A DNA stretch of 64,000 bases from the NCBI GenBank assembly GCA_902780055.1, contig CACZDU010000001.1, forward strand, positions 47,138 through 111,137, in the 5' to 3' direction. Position 1 is the stretch's first letter, and each line of letters opens with the position of its first letter. Below are positions 1-8,429 of this stretch, one piece after another. This stretch comes from an uncultured Bacteroidia bacterium. GTDB taxonomy: Bacteria > Bacteroidota > Bacteroidia > Bacteroidales > F082. The translations under genes were made by a program, and so were the position numbers. Below the pieces are notes generated by a model. That model ran no database searches. It was not told the DNA's origin and saw nothing but the letters and a program-made list of their open reading frames with translations.

Positions 1-97
1 CCTTGCTCTTCAGCGTGGGCAGGGCACGGGTTCGCGTCTTGAGCTGCTTGTTCATCTCATTCAGCGAGGTCTTGTTATATTGAAATTTGATGGCCAT
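1..97 (-). CDS. V-type ATP synthase subunit D, first 32 codons only (gene runs off left edge)
   Basis: Reverse complement of 1..97 reads MAIKFQYNKTSLNEMNKQLKTRTRALPTLKSK, with ATG at 95..97. It lies 39 nt downstream of subunit B on the same strand, the usual position of subunit D in Bacteroidota V-ATPase operons. Too short for the ORF track. Confidence 0.55.
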   Translation of the reverse strand, partial: MAIKFQYNKTSLNEMNKQLKTRTRALPTLKSK

Positions 98-136
98 TTA
101 TCTTAGTTTGCAGTTTACAGTTTGCAGTTAATAGTT

Positions 137-1465
137 TTATTTTGCTGCTTCTTTCCAGTATTTTTCAATGAGTTTCTCTTTCAGACCCGTCTCGGCCTTG
201 GTGAAATACTTGCCGAACAGCTCCCAAGCCGTGTCGAGCATCTCCGTAATCGGAATATTGACGTCGATGGCGAGGAGGCGCGTGGCGTATTCCTTGGCGT
301 AGTCGAGGCAGCGCAGGTCGTAGTCGCTCAGGTCGAAGCCGTTCTCCAACTTCGTCTTGGCGTTGGAAGCGTCGGCGTAGAGTCGCACCGAAGTGTTCAT
401 CACCGCGCTGTGGTCCTCACGAGTCTTCTTGTTCTGCACATGTTGTTTCAGACGCGACAGCGAGCGGAACGGGTCCACAATGACCTTGCCCGAATCGGCA
501 TCGGCACGGAGGAACAACTGTCCCTCGGTGATATAACCCGTGTTGTCAGGAATGGCGTGCGTGATGTCGCCATCGTTCAAGGTCGTCACGGCAATAATGG
601 TGATGGAACCGCCATCGGGCAACTGCACGGCCTTTTCATAAATCTTCGCGAGGTCGGAATAAAGCGAGCCGGGCATGGAGTCCTTGGACGGGATTTGGTC
701 CATACGGTTGCTCACGATACTCAAAGCGTCGGCGTATAAGGTCATGTCGGTGAGCAGCACCAGCACCTTCTCGTTCTTATCGACGGCGAAATATTCCGCA
801 GCGGTCAAGGCCATGTCGGGAATCAACAGACGCTCGACAGGCGGTTGGTCGGTGGTGTTCACGAAACTGATGATCTTGTGCAAGGCACCCGCGCTCTCAA
901 ACTCGTTTTTGAAAAACAGGTAGTCGTCGTTAGAAAGACCCATGCCGCCGAGGATGATCTTATCAACATCGGCGCGGAGGGCCACCATGCTCATCACCTT
1001 ATTGTAAGGCTGGTCGGGGTCGGCGAAGAACGGAATCTTCTGTCCCGAGACCAAAGTGTTGTTCAAGTCGATGCCGGCGATACCCGTTGGAATCAGCTCG
1101 GAAGGCATACGACGCTTGTAGGGGTTCACGGAGGGGCCGCCGATCTGGCGTTTCTCGCCCTCCACAGCCGGACCGCCGTCGATAGGCTCGCCGTAGGCGT
1201 TGAAGAATCGGCCAGCCAGTTCGTCGCTCACGTTCAAGGTGGGCGGCTCGCCAAAGAAGGTCACTTCGGCGTTGGTCGGGATGTCTTCCGTGCCGCCAAA
1301 CACCTGCAAGGTGACGGCGTTGTCCTTGATTTTCACCACCTGCGCCAAACGACCCGCCACGACAGCGAGTTCGTCGTTGGCCACGCCTTGCGCCTCAAGG
1401 GTCACGGTGGCCTTGGTGATGGCGGTCAGCTTCGTATAGATGCGTTGAAAGGCTTTCTCACTCAT
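137..1465 (-). CDS. ntpB: V-type ATP synthase subunit B
   Basis: 442-aa ORF with A/V-ATPase B-subunit blocks (PSELIPTGIAGIDLNNTLVSGQKIPFF; SITIIAVTTLNDGDITHAIPDNTGYITEGQLFL). Overlaps the subunit A gene by 8 nt. Confidence 0.93.
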   Translation of the reverse strand: MSEKAFQRIYTKLTAITKATVTLEAQGVANDELAVVAGRLAQVVKIKDNAVTLQVFGGTEDIPTNAEVTFFGEPPTLNVSDELAGRFFNAYGEPIDGGPAVEGEKRQIGGPSVNPYKRRMPSELIPTGIAGIDLNNTLVSGQKIPFFADPDQPYNKVMSMVALRADVDKIILGGMGLSNDDYLFFKNEFESAGALHKIISFVNTTDQPPVERLLIPDMALTAAEYFAVDKNEKVLVLLTDMTLYADALSIVSNRMDQIPSKDSMPGSLYSDLAKIYEKAVQLPDGGSITIIAVTTLNDGDITHAIPDNTGYITEGQLFLRADADSGKVIVDPFRSLSRLKQHVQNKKTREDHSAVMNTSVRLYADASNAKTKLENGFDLSDYDLRCLDYAKEYATRLLAIDVNIPITEMLDTAWELFGKYFTKAETGLKEKLIEKYWKEAAK

Positions 1466-3206
1466 GTTTCAGTTCCTCCTTTAACTGTCCAAGATATTTT
1501 TCAAAGTTTTCCGACTTGAATTCCGAGTAGTTCATCTGTCGGCAGATGTTAATCAAGCCCTTGAAGTAGGTCGTACACTCCTCGAAGTTGTCGAACTTGA
1601 AGCTACGGTCGCAGATTTCGAGCACAAGGTCGAGCATGAACTTTTGGCGTTCGAGCGGCGTGGAGCCGTCGATTTCGTCGAAAGCGTCTTGCTGAAGAAT
1701 CACAAAGTCAATGAGTTCCGACTTCCAATATTGCTCGTGGTACGACATCGGCACGCCGTCGTCACCCAAGATGTTGATTTGCTCGTAGGCATCTTTACCT
1801 TTTCTAATAATGTATTTCGTCTTCGTCACCTTATCGACCCAACCTTTTTCAATCTTGTTGTCAAGATATTCAATGATTTCGGGATATTCGAGGTATTTCG
1901 AATAGGAATCCACAGGGTCGACGGCGGGATAGCGCTTCTTATCGGCGCGATTTTGCGAAAGTCCGTAGAAGCAACGGGCCGCTTTCTTCGTCGATTCGGT
2001 GACGGGTTCCTTCAGGTTACCGCCGGCAGGCGACACTGTTCCGATGAAGGTGATGGAACCCGACTGGCCGTTGTTCAGTTTCACATAACCCGCACGAGCG
2101 TAGAAGTTGGAGATGATGGCCGACAAATCGACAGGGAAGCCGTCCTGGCCGGGCAGTTCCTCCAAACGGTTACTCATCTCACGCAAGGCCTGCGCCCAAC
2201 GCGAGGTGGAGTCGGCGAGCAGCAAAACTTTCATGCCCATAGCGCGGTAGTATTCGCCGAGGGTCATGGCCGTATAGACCGAAGCCTCACGAGCCGCGAC
2301 CGGCATGTTGGACGTGTTGCAGATGATGATGGTACGCTCCATCAGGCTGCGACCCGTGTGTTTGTCCTTCAGTTCGGGGAACTCGGTGAAGATTTCCACG
2401 ACCTCGTTGGCACGCTCACCACAAGCAGCCATGATGATGATGTCAGCATCGGCTTGCTCGGCGAGGGCATGTTGCAGCACGGTCTTGCCGCAGCCGAAAG
2501 GTCCAGGGATGAAGCCCGTGCCGCCTTCAGCGATGGGATTGAGCGTGTCGATGGTGCGCACACCCGTTTCCATCACCTTGAAGGGACGCGGTTTCTCCGC
2601 ATAGCCGCCCACGGCCACTTTGACAGGCCATTTCTGGATCATGGTCACCTTCACCTCCTCGCCTTCCGCGTTGGTCAGTGTGGCGATGGTATCGGTGATC
2701 TTGTATTGTCCGGCAGCAGCTACCGACTTCACGGTATAAGTGCCCTTGAAGTTGAACGGCACCATGATTTTGTGGGGCAGCCAGCCTTCCTTGACTTCGC
2801 CCAACCAATCAGCGGCAACCACTTGGTCGCCAGCCTTGGTGAGGGGCGTGAAGTCCCAAAGTTTCTCTTCGTCCAAGGCCTTGGTGTATTCACCGCGTTT
2901 CAGAAACACGTCCGTCATGGTGGCGAGGTTGTTCTGCAGGCCGTCGAAGTTGCTCGAAAGCAAACCGGGGCCCAAGGACACTTCAAGCATGTAGCCTTGG
3001 AATTCCACCTTGTCGCCGATTTGGAGGCCGCGCGTGCTCTCAAACACCTGCACGGAGGCCTTGTTCCCGTTCACCTTGATGACCTCCGCCATCAGCTTGG
3101 TACCCGCCAAGTCGATGAAGCAGATTTCATTCTGTGCCACAGGGCCGTCCACCTCCACAGTGACGAGGTTTGCAATGATTCCTGTAACTTTTCCTGTTGT
3201 ATTCAT
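1458..3206 (-). CDS. ntpA: V-type ATP synthase catalytic subunit A
   Basis: 582-aa ORF. Walker A GPFGCGKT, Walker B region VLLLADSTSRWAQALREMS, and the non-homologous insert typical of A subunits. Confidence 0.95.
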   Translation of the reverse strand: MNTTGKVTGIIANLVTVEVDGPVAQNEICFIDLAGTKLMAEVIKVNGNKASVQVFESTRGLQIGDKVEFQGYMLEVSLGPGLLSSNFDGLQNNLATMTDVFLKRGEYTKALDEEKLWDFTPLTKAGDQVVAADWLGEVKEGWLPHKIMVPFNFKGTYTVKSVAAAGQYKITDTIATLTNAEGEEVKVTMIQKWPVKVAVGGYAEKPRPFKVMETGVRTIDTLNPIAEGGTGFIPGPFGCGKTVLQHALAEQADADIIIMAACGERANEVVEIFTEFPELKDKHTGRSLMERTIIICNTSNMPVAAREASVYTAMTLGEYYRAMGMKVLLLADSTSRWAQALREMSNRLEELPGQDGFPVDLSAIISNFYARAGYVKLNNGQSGSITFIGTVSPAGGNLKEPVTESTKKAARCFYGLSQNRADKKRYPAVDPVDSYSKYLEYPEIIEYLDNKIEKGWVDKVTKTKYIIRKGKDAYEQINILGDDGVPMSYHEQYWKSELIDFVILQQDAFDEIDGSTPLERQKFMLDLVLEICDRSFKFDNFEECTTYFKGLINICRQMNYSEFKSENFEKYLGQLKEELKHE

Positions 3207-3245
3207 AATTTAAGATTCAATATTCAAGATTTAAGATTTTATGAT

Positions 3246-3959
3246 TCAATTTATTACATTAGATTCAATCAATAATTTTACGGCGACACCCATCAAAATC
3301 GCGATACCAAAACTCAACAAAGTGCCGACCAAAACATATTCCGACTTCACTGTATCTGTCTCCCTAAACCTCAGCAACGACTTGGCAGCCAACAAAAAGC
3401 CTATGGCTTCAAATTGTCCCAGCATGACAAAAACCAAAGTCAACAACCTTTCCACATTGCCAATCACACGACCCGCATTGGGCAAACTTTGCTCTTTTCC
3501 GCTGTCAGGAATAGATATTTTTGCCTCCTTAAAGATGTTCTGGATAATGAAATTGGCAGGGCGCAAGCAAAACGAGAATGCCACAATCCACAATAGCACC
3601 TTCGTTTCGGGCAACCATATCGGGAGCGAGATTACACCTTTATTAAAAAGAGCCACCACCGCGACAATAACCGCCAAATGCAGCAACTGGTCAATGAAGA
3701 ACGCGCCTTTCAGGTTCTTGCAAACCGATTTCAGGCCGTCAATAATAAGGTGCAGCACAGCAATCAGCAACGCTGCCCACCAAAAGCCCACACTCAGTGA
3801 GAACAGCCAAGCGCAAGCAAAGGTAATCAACGCATGAATGTACAAATGCCTCGATTTGAACGCATTGTCGGCCTTGCTCTTGCAGGACTTTTCTGTCTGC
3901 AAATAGAAGTCGCTGACAAGGTGCGCCAAAAGTTGCAATATGAGGAGTTTGCACATCAT
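3246..3959 (-). CDS. DUF3307-like polytopic membrane protein (partner of SatD-like gene)
   Basis: 237 aa. N-terminal LLAHLVSDFYLQT (HxxxDFxxQ motif of DUF3307) and multiple hydrophobic helices. Its start overlaps the upstream gene's stop (ATGA at 3956..3959). Confidence 0.7.
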   Translation of the reverse strand: MMCKLLILQLLAHLVSDFYLQTEKSCKSKADNAFKSRHLYIHALITFACAWLFSLSVGFWWAALLIAVLHLIIDGLKSVCKNLKGAFFIDQLLHLAVIVAVVALFNKGVISLPIWLPETKVLLWIVAFSFCLRPANFIIQNIFKEAKISIPDSGKEQSLPNAGRVIGNVERLLTLVFVMLGQFEAIGFLLAAKSLLRFRETDTVKSEYVLVGTLLSFGIAILMGVAVKLLIESNVIN

Positions 3960-4633
3960 GATTCGAAGTTCAGTTTTTCAAAGTAATTGAGTGCTGATTC
4001 AACGGCTTTCCATCCAGTCGAATTACTGCGTTGATTTACAGCAGATTGTTTAATGTTTAAAATTGCCGCTATCTCTTTCTCATTCCTTCCACACAACCTA
4101 TAATAAAGGATTTCATTTTGGCGTGAAGTTGCATTCCTCAAAAGCGTATCAAGCAAGCCCACCATTACATCCACAGATTCATTTAATAATGAATTGGGGC
4201 AAGCAAAAAACATGCTCCGTTTGATGGATTGTTTCTCTTTGGAAGCCTTTTCCAACAATCTTCCAGAATTATATATCGCTTCTCCATCCAAAATATCTTG
4301 TTTTCGGTCTGCGGTACGCATCTCACCGATGCCAATGGCCAGCCTAATACCATATTTTCTGAACAACTCTCTTTTGGCATTTGTTTCTTTCCCCCACGAA
4401 AATGTCTTTTTCACCAAAGTCTTCAACAACAATGCAACTCTAAGGGCTTCATGCGGGTCATACATGAAAATCTCGACCGAATCGCCTTTGAACAACCGCC
4501 CCCAATTCTTACCTTGCGACTTTTCTGAAAGTCTTTCAAGAAACAGACGAATCTCCGATTGCAAAAGTGCCAATTCCTCAACGCTCAGCGAGGTTGAAGA
4601 AACGATGTCTGCCGAAATTGTTGCTTTTACCAT
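3956..4633 (-). CDS. SatD-family protein: cyclase-fold-like N-terminal domain plus C-terminal HTH
   Basis: 225 aa. The N-terminus ATISADIVSSTSL, FKGDSVEIFM and IRLAIGIGEM resembles class III cyclase/GGDEF palm motifs. The C-terminus NEKEIAAILNIKQSAVNQRSN looks like a sigma-70 region 4/LuxR-type HTH. SatD-DUF3307 pairing is a known co-occurrence of unknown function. Confidence 0.65.
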   Translation of the reverse strand: MVKATISADIVSSTSLSVEELALLQSEIRLFLERLSEKSQGKNWGRLFKGDSVEIFMYDPHEALRVALLLKTLVKKTFSWGKETNAKRELFRKYGIRLAIGIGEMRTADRKQDILDGEAIYNSGRLLEKASKEKQSIKRSMFFACPNSLLNESVDVMVGLLDTLLRNATSRQNEILYYRLCGRNEKEIAAILNIKQSAVNQRSNSTGWKAVESALNYFEKLNFES

Positions 4634-4647
4634 TTTCTTTATCTATC

Positions 4648-4734
4648 TATAAGCCCCAAAACTTATATTTGTTATTTATAAGGTCCAGAACTTATATTTA
4701 CCATTTATAAGGTTCAGAACTTATTTTTGTATTT
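4648..4734. repeat. Three tandem 29-bp repeats, each with palindrome TATAAG-N8-CTTATA (operator-like)
   Basis: Units start at 4648, 4677 and 4706: tataagccccaaaacttatatttgttatt / tataaggtccagaacttatatttaccatt / tataaggttcagaacttatttttgtattt. They lie immediately upstream of the SatD-like start (4633, minus strand). Confidence 0.85.
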
Positions 4735-4778
4735 ATAACTTCTTTTTGTTGCATTTATTGTTATTTATCGTTTTAGAA

Positions 4779-4828
4779 CCGATATTCACTAATTATCGGC
4801 TTTTTTACCGATATTTTCAAATTATCGG
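4779..4828. repeat. Two copies of palindrome CCGATA-N9-TATCGG spaced 29 bp apart (operator-like)
   Basis: ccgatattcactaattatcgg at 4779..4799 and ccgatattttcaaattatcgg at 4808..4828, in the intergenic region between the DUF2764 gene stop (4838) and the SatD-like gene. Confidence 0.85.
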
Positions 4829-4837
4829 TATTTTCAC

Positions 4838-5443
4838 CTATACTTTCCCTCCTCCGCTCAAATCCAAATTCGTGCTCGTGCCTCTAATCTCTTGAACCAA
4901 TTTCTTGAACATTTCCTGACCCTTATTAGCATCGAGTTCGGCCCAGCGTTGGACGGTCTTGGCCTTGACGAGGAAGGCGAGGATGGCGTTCATGTTGAAG
5001 TAGTCCATGCGGGCGATGTCGGAGGCCTTTTCCCATTTCAGCTCGTCCATCTTCTGCTCGCGCTGCACGAAATCAGCATCGTTGAGAATCTCGTTGATTT
5101 GCTTCTCTTCTTCAAAATCAGCCTCTTCAAGGTTCACCAAATAAGGATCGCTTTCTTTGCCGAGACGTTTGGCCAAGTAGTTCACCTTCATGTTGCGCAG
5201 ACGACCGTCGAAATCGAAATACTCGCGGATGAAGCGGTTCTTGCACTCGGTGGCCTTGGCGTAGAAGTTGGCATTAAGCGTGTCCTCGTTGAAGCCTTCC
5301 TCCATGAGTTCAACCAATTGTTGGTCTTTCTCGGAAAGCAGTTCCATAATCGACTCTTTCACGGCGGCATAGTCGAAGCCCGCGTTTTCGAAGCCCGAAG
5401 TCAGTTCCGGCAGGCCGGCCACGATATAGACGTAGTTATCCAT
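4838..5443 (-). CDS. DUF2764 protein (V-ATPase-associated, subunit C-like position)
   Basis: 201-aa acidic helical protein starting MDNYVYIVAGLPEL. It sits directly after the subunit E gene (1-nt overlap), as in Bacteroidota V-ATPase operons. Confidence 0.7.
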   Translation of the reverse strand: MDNYVYIVAGLPELTSGFENAGFDYAAVKESIMELLSEKDQQLVELMEEGFNEDTLNANFYAKATECKNRFIREYFDFDGRLRNMKVNYLAKRLGKESDPYLVNLEEADFEEEKQINEILNDADFVQREQKMDELKWEKASDIARMDYFNMNAILAFLVKAKTVQRWAELDANKGQEMFKKLVQEIRGTSTNLDLSGGGKV

Positions 5444-6054
5444 CAGCCGAAGAGGATTTTCTTGGTGGCGGGACGCAGGTAGTTGGCAATGAGTTGGGTG
5501 AACTCCTCGTCGGTGAAGTTAAGCATGTAGCCGCCTTCCTTGGGCGAAATCTTGAAGCCGCCGTTCATCTTCTTGGAATAGTCAACCTTCACCTCGCCCT
5601 TGAATTGTTTGGCGATTTCGTTTTTCACGAAAGGCTCCACCTCTGCCCTCAGCGATTCGGGCAGGATAAGGCTCAAATCGACGGGCGAAGCGTTTTGTGG
5701 GTTGAAAGCCTTCACCACGCTGGCAATCAGTTCTTTCGTAAAAGCGGCATTGCCCATATTGGCTTTCACGCCTTCTTGGGCGGCCTTGGTCACCACCATC
5801 TTCTCGATTTCCTGTTTCGTCACGGCGATGCTCTGCGTGGCGGCCATCTTCACGTCGGCGGTCACCTTGGTTTTCAGTTCTTCGGCTTCCTTGTTGGCTT
5901 GGGCGATGATGCGGTCGGCCTCGGCCTTGGCGTATGCTACAATGCGATTGGCCTCAGCCTGAGCCTTTTGCACCAGCTCTTCGCCATCGTGTTTTCCTTT
6001 CGACAAGCCCTCGTTATAGAGCCTGTCGGTCAATTGTTGCAGTTTGTCTTGCAT
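5443..6054 (-). CDS. ntpE: V-type ATP synthase subunit E
   Basis: 203 aa. Long charged N-terminal helix (AQAEANRIVAYAKAEADRIIAQANKEAEELK) followed by a globular C-terminus. First gene of the operon. Confidence 0.8.
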   Translation of the reverse strand: MQDKLQQLTDRLYNEGLSKGKHDGEELVQKAQAEANRIVAYAKAEADRIIAQANKEAEELKTKVTADVKMAATQSIAVTKQEIEKMVVTKAAQEGVKANMGNAAFTKELIASVVKAFNPQNASPVDLSLILPESLRAEVEPFVKNEIAKQFKGEVKVDYSKKMNGGFKISPKEGGYMLNFTDEEFTQLIANYLRPATKKILFG

Positions 6055-6387
6055 ATATTTTTCGTTTTGTTGTTGCTTTTGGATTCGGGGGCAAAATTAG
6101 GGAATCCCAAGCACAAAACGAAAAGAAAAAAGAAAAATTTTGCCGAAACCGCTTGCGCTTTGAAATATTCCCTATCTTTGAGCCGTTTTTTGGAAGCACC
6201 TTTATATACATTATATATGCTCCATAGCTTTGGCAATAGTGTTTACTTGAACATCAAGGAACGCGACCGTTTCTAAATCGGCGTTTCTTGCAATAAAACC
6301 ATTGTCACGGAGCCTTGAGCCTGTCGAAAGGCCGTGTCAAAAAACAACAATCAACAATTAAACATCTAACAATTAAACAAATAAATC

Positions 6388-7764
6388 ATGGAATTACCAT
6401 TTGCAGAAGCGTGGAAAATCAAGATGGTTGAACCTATCAAGAAATCCACCCGCGAACAACGCGAAAAGTGGCTCAACGAAGCCCACCAAAATGTCTTCAT
6501 GCTGAAGAGCGACTATGTTTACATCGACCTGCTCACCGACAGCGGCACCGGCGCAATGAGCGACCGCCAATGGAGCGCGATGATGATGGGCGATGAGAGC
6601 TACGGCGGCGCCCGCTCGTTCTATCACATGAAGGATACCATCACTGAAATCACTGGTTTCGAGTATGTTATCCCGACGCACCAAGGCCGTGCTGCCGAGA
6701 ATGTGCTGTTCTCCTATCTCGTGAAGCCGGGCCAAGTCGTTCCGGGCAATGCCCACTTCGACACCACCAAGGGCCACATCGAGAGCCGTAAAGCCTTCGC
6801 CATCGACGTGACCGTGCCCGAGGCTTACGACACCCAACTTGAAGTGCCTTTCAAGGGCAATGTCAGCCTTGAAAAACTGGAAAAAGTGCTGAAAGAGAAC
6901 CAAGGCAATGTGCCGTTCATGGTCCTCACCGTTACCAACAACACCGTTGGCGGCCAGCCCGTGAGCATGAAGAACATCCGCGAGACTTGCGAATTGTGCC
7001 ACAAATACGGCGTGCCGGTCAACATCGACAGTGCCCGTTTCATTGAGAACGCCTACTTCATCAAGACCCGCGAGGAAGGCTATGCCGACAAGACCTTGCG
7101 CGAAATCTGCAAGGAAATGTTCAGCTACGCCGACTCGATGACCATGTCGGCTAAGAAGGACGGTCTCGTCAACATGGGCGGTTTCATCGCCACCAATAAG
7201 AAGGACTGGTACGAAGGTGCCAAGTTGTTCTGCATCCCCTTCGAAGGCTTCCTGACTTACGGCGGCATGAACGGTCGCGACATGGACGCTTTGGCCGTTG
7301 GCCTGAAGGAAAACATTGAGTTCGAGATGGTTGAAACCCGCATCAAGCAGGTGCATTACCTCGCTGCCAAACTCGACGAGTATGGTATTCCTTACCAGCG
7401 TCCTGCTGGTGGCCACGCCATTTTCGTCGATGCCGACAAGGTGTTGACCCAAATCCCGAAGGAAGAGTTCCCCGCCCAAACCTTGACTTGTGAGCTCTAT
7501 CTTGAAGCTGGCATCCGCGCCTGCGAAATCGGTTACGTCCTTGCCGACCGCGACCCCGTCACGCGCCAAAACCGCTTTGGCGGCAACGACTTCGTGCGCC
7601 TCTGCATCCCGCGCCGTGTGTACACCAACAACCACATGGACGTGATTGCTGCTGCCCTGAAGAATGTGTACGACCGTCGCGACGAAATCAAGCGCGGCCT
7701 CGAAATCACATGGGAAGCCGAGCTGATGCGCCACTTCACCTGCCAATTCAAGAGATTGGGCTGA
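6388..7764 (+). CDS. tnaA: Tryptophanase / tyrosine phenol-lyase family beta-eliminating lyase (PLP-dependent)
   Basis: 458 aa. Has DLLTDSGTGAMS and the PLP-lysine block MSAKKDGLVNMGG. Length and N-terminus are typical of TnaA/Tpl. Substrate cannot be fixed by eye. Confidence 0.85.
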   Translation: MELPFAEAWKIKMVEPIKKSTREQREKWLNEAHQNVFMLKSDYVYIDLLTDSGTGAMSDRQWSAMMMGDESYGGARSFYHMKDTITEITGFEYVIPTHQGRAAENVLFSYLVKPGQVVPGNAHFDTTKGHIESRKAFAIDVTVPEAYDTQLEVPFKGNVSLEKLEKVLKENQGNVPFMVLTVTNNTVGGQPVSMKNIRETCELCHKYGVPVNIDSARFIENAYFIKTREEGYADKTLREICKEMFSYADSMTMSAKKDGLVNMGGFIATNKKDWYEGAKLFCIPFEGFLTYGGMNGRDMDALAVGLKENIEFEMVETRIKQVHYLAAKLDEYGIPYQRPAGGHAIFVDADKVLTQIPKEEFPAQTLTCELYLEAGIRACEIGYVLADRDPVTRQNRFGGNDFVRLCIPRRVYTNNHMDVIAAALKNVYDRRDEIKRGLEITWEAELMRHFTCQFKRLG

Positions 7765-7787
7765 TTTTGAAGTACAAATGATTTTGG

Positions 7788-7827
7788 TTCGGGGAGGTCG
7801 AAGGTTCGGCTTCCCCGAATTGTTTTT
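7788..7827 (+). terminator. Rho-independent terminator after tnaA
   Basis: Stem TTCGGGGA (7788..7795) pairs with TCCCCGAA (7812..7819), followed by TTGTTTTT. Confidence 0.7.
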
Positions 7828-7859
7828 GGGTAAAACATCTTGCATTTGGAAATAATGTG

Positions 7860-7867
7860 TAATTTTG
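7860..7867 (+). promoter_or_regulatory. Bacteroidota -7 promoter box (TAnnTTTG) for higB
   Basis: TAATTTTG lies 27 nt upstream of the higB ATG. Confidence 0.45.
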
Positions 7868-7893
7868 CGGCATACAGTAAAGGATGAATCGTA

Positions 7894-8190
7894 ATGAGAA
7901 TCATTTCGAAGACATTTATTAGAGACTACTACACAAAGAATCCACAGGCCAAGGCTGCCTTAATCGGTTGGGTTGAGAAGACGGAAGCGGCACAATGGCA
8001 AAACTTTGCCGACATTAGAAAGACTTTCAATTCGGTAGATAGTGTAGGCAATCAACGATATGTGTTCAACATCAAGGGGAACGACTATCGGATGGTAGTG
8101 GTCATCAAGTTCACGCCGCAGAATGTGCTCATCCGTTTCATCGGCACACATGCAGAATACGACAAAATTAAGGACATCAAAAACATTTGA
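7894..8190 (+). CDS. higB: Type II toxin HigB (RelE-fold mRNA interferase, HigB_toxin family)
   Basis: 98 aa. MRIISKTFIRDYY...GNQRYVFNIKGNDYRMVVVIKF...IRFIGTHAEYDKI matches the HigB/YafQ-like pattern. Local AT-rich composition. Confidence 0.8.
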   Translation: MRIISKTFIRDYYTKNPQAKAALIGWVEKTEAAQWQNFADIRKTFNSVDSVGNQRYVFNIKGNDYRMVVVIKFTPQNVLIRFIGTHAEYDKIKDIKNI

Positions 8191-8193
8191 GAC

Positions 8194-8412
8194 ATGGCAC
8201 TGATAAAGACAGAAAAGGAATTGCGAGCAATTTTGGCTCGTATTGATGAACTGGTTCCCCTTACGGGAGATGGGGTTGCTGAGGATGACCCCAAAAACCT
8301 TGAATTGAATCTACTATGTGAATTGGTGGCCGAATATGAGGACGAAAATGTCATCCTTGAATCTTCAATGGAGGAAAATCCTTCTCCGTTTAATGTTCCT
8401 CAAATGGCATAA
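8194..8412 (+). CDS. HigA-like antitoxin, N-terminal domain only (no HTH domain)
   Basis: 72 aa, starting 3 nt after higB. EKELRAILARIDELV...NLELNLLCELVAEYEDEN resembles the N-terminal half of HigA partners of this HigB type. The ORF stops before any HTH_3 segment, and the next gene starts at 8430. Confidence 0.5.
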   Translation: MALIKTEKELRAILARIDELVPLTGDGVAEDDPKNLELNLLCELVAEYEDENVILESSMEENPSPFNVPQMA

Positions 8413-8429
8413 ATAGTTATCTGCGACTA

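Noticed and set aside
6388-7764. Assigning the lyase specifically as tryptophanase (indole production) rather than tyrosine phenol-lyase.
   Set aside because: The two families are too similar to separate by eye. The call is kept at family level, with the tnaA symbol only as the more common Bacteroidales assignment.
6394-7845. 483-aa ORF antisense to the tnaA-like gene. Similar long antisense ORFs occur at 1644..3275 (opposite ntpA), 39239..41302 (opposite pheT and the sigma-54 activator), 59960..61513 (opposite sprA), 35901..36971 (opposite hflX), 49387..50484 (opposite porW), 32537..33274 (opposite trpS) and 50632..51624.
   Set aside because: Their translations are low-complexity strings rich in V/G/A/H/D/L/E/R with no recognisable motifs. 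Each lies exactly opposite a gene with strong family signatures. Such stop-free shadow frames are expected from the codon bias of the real genes.
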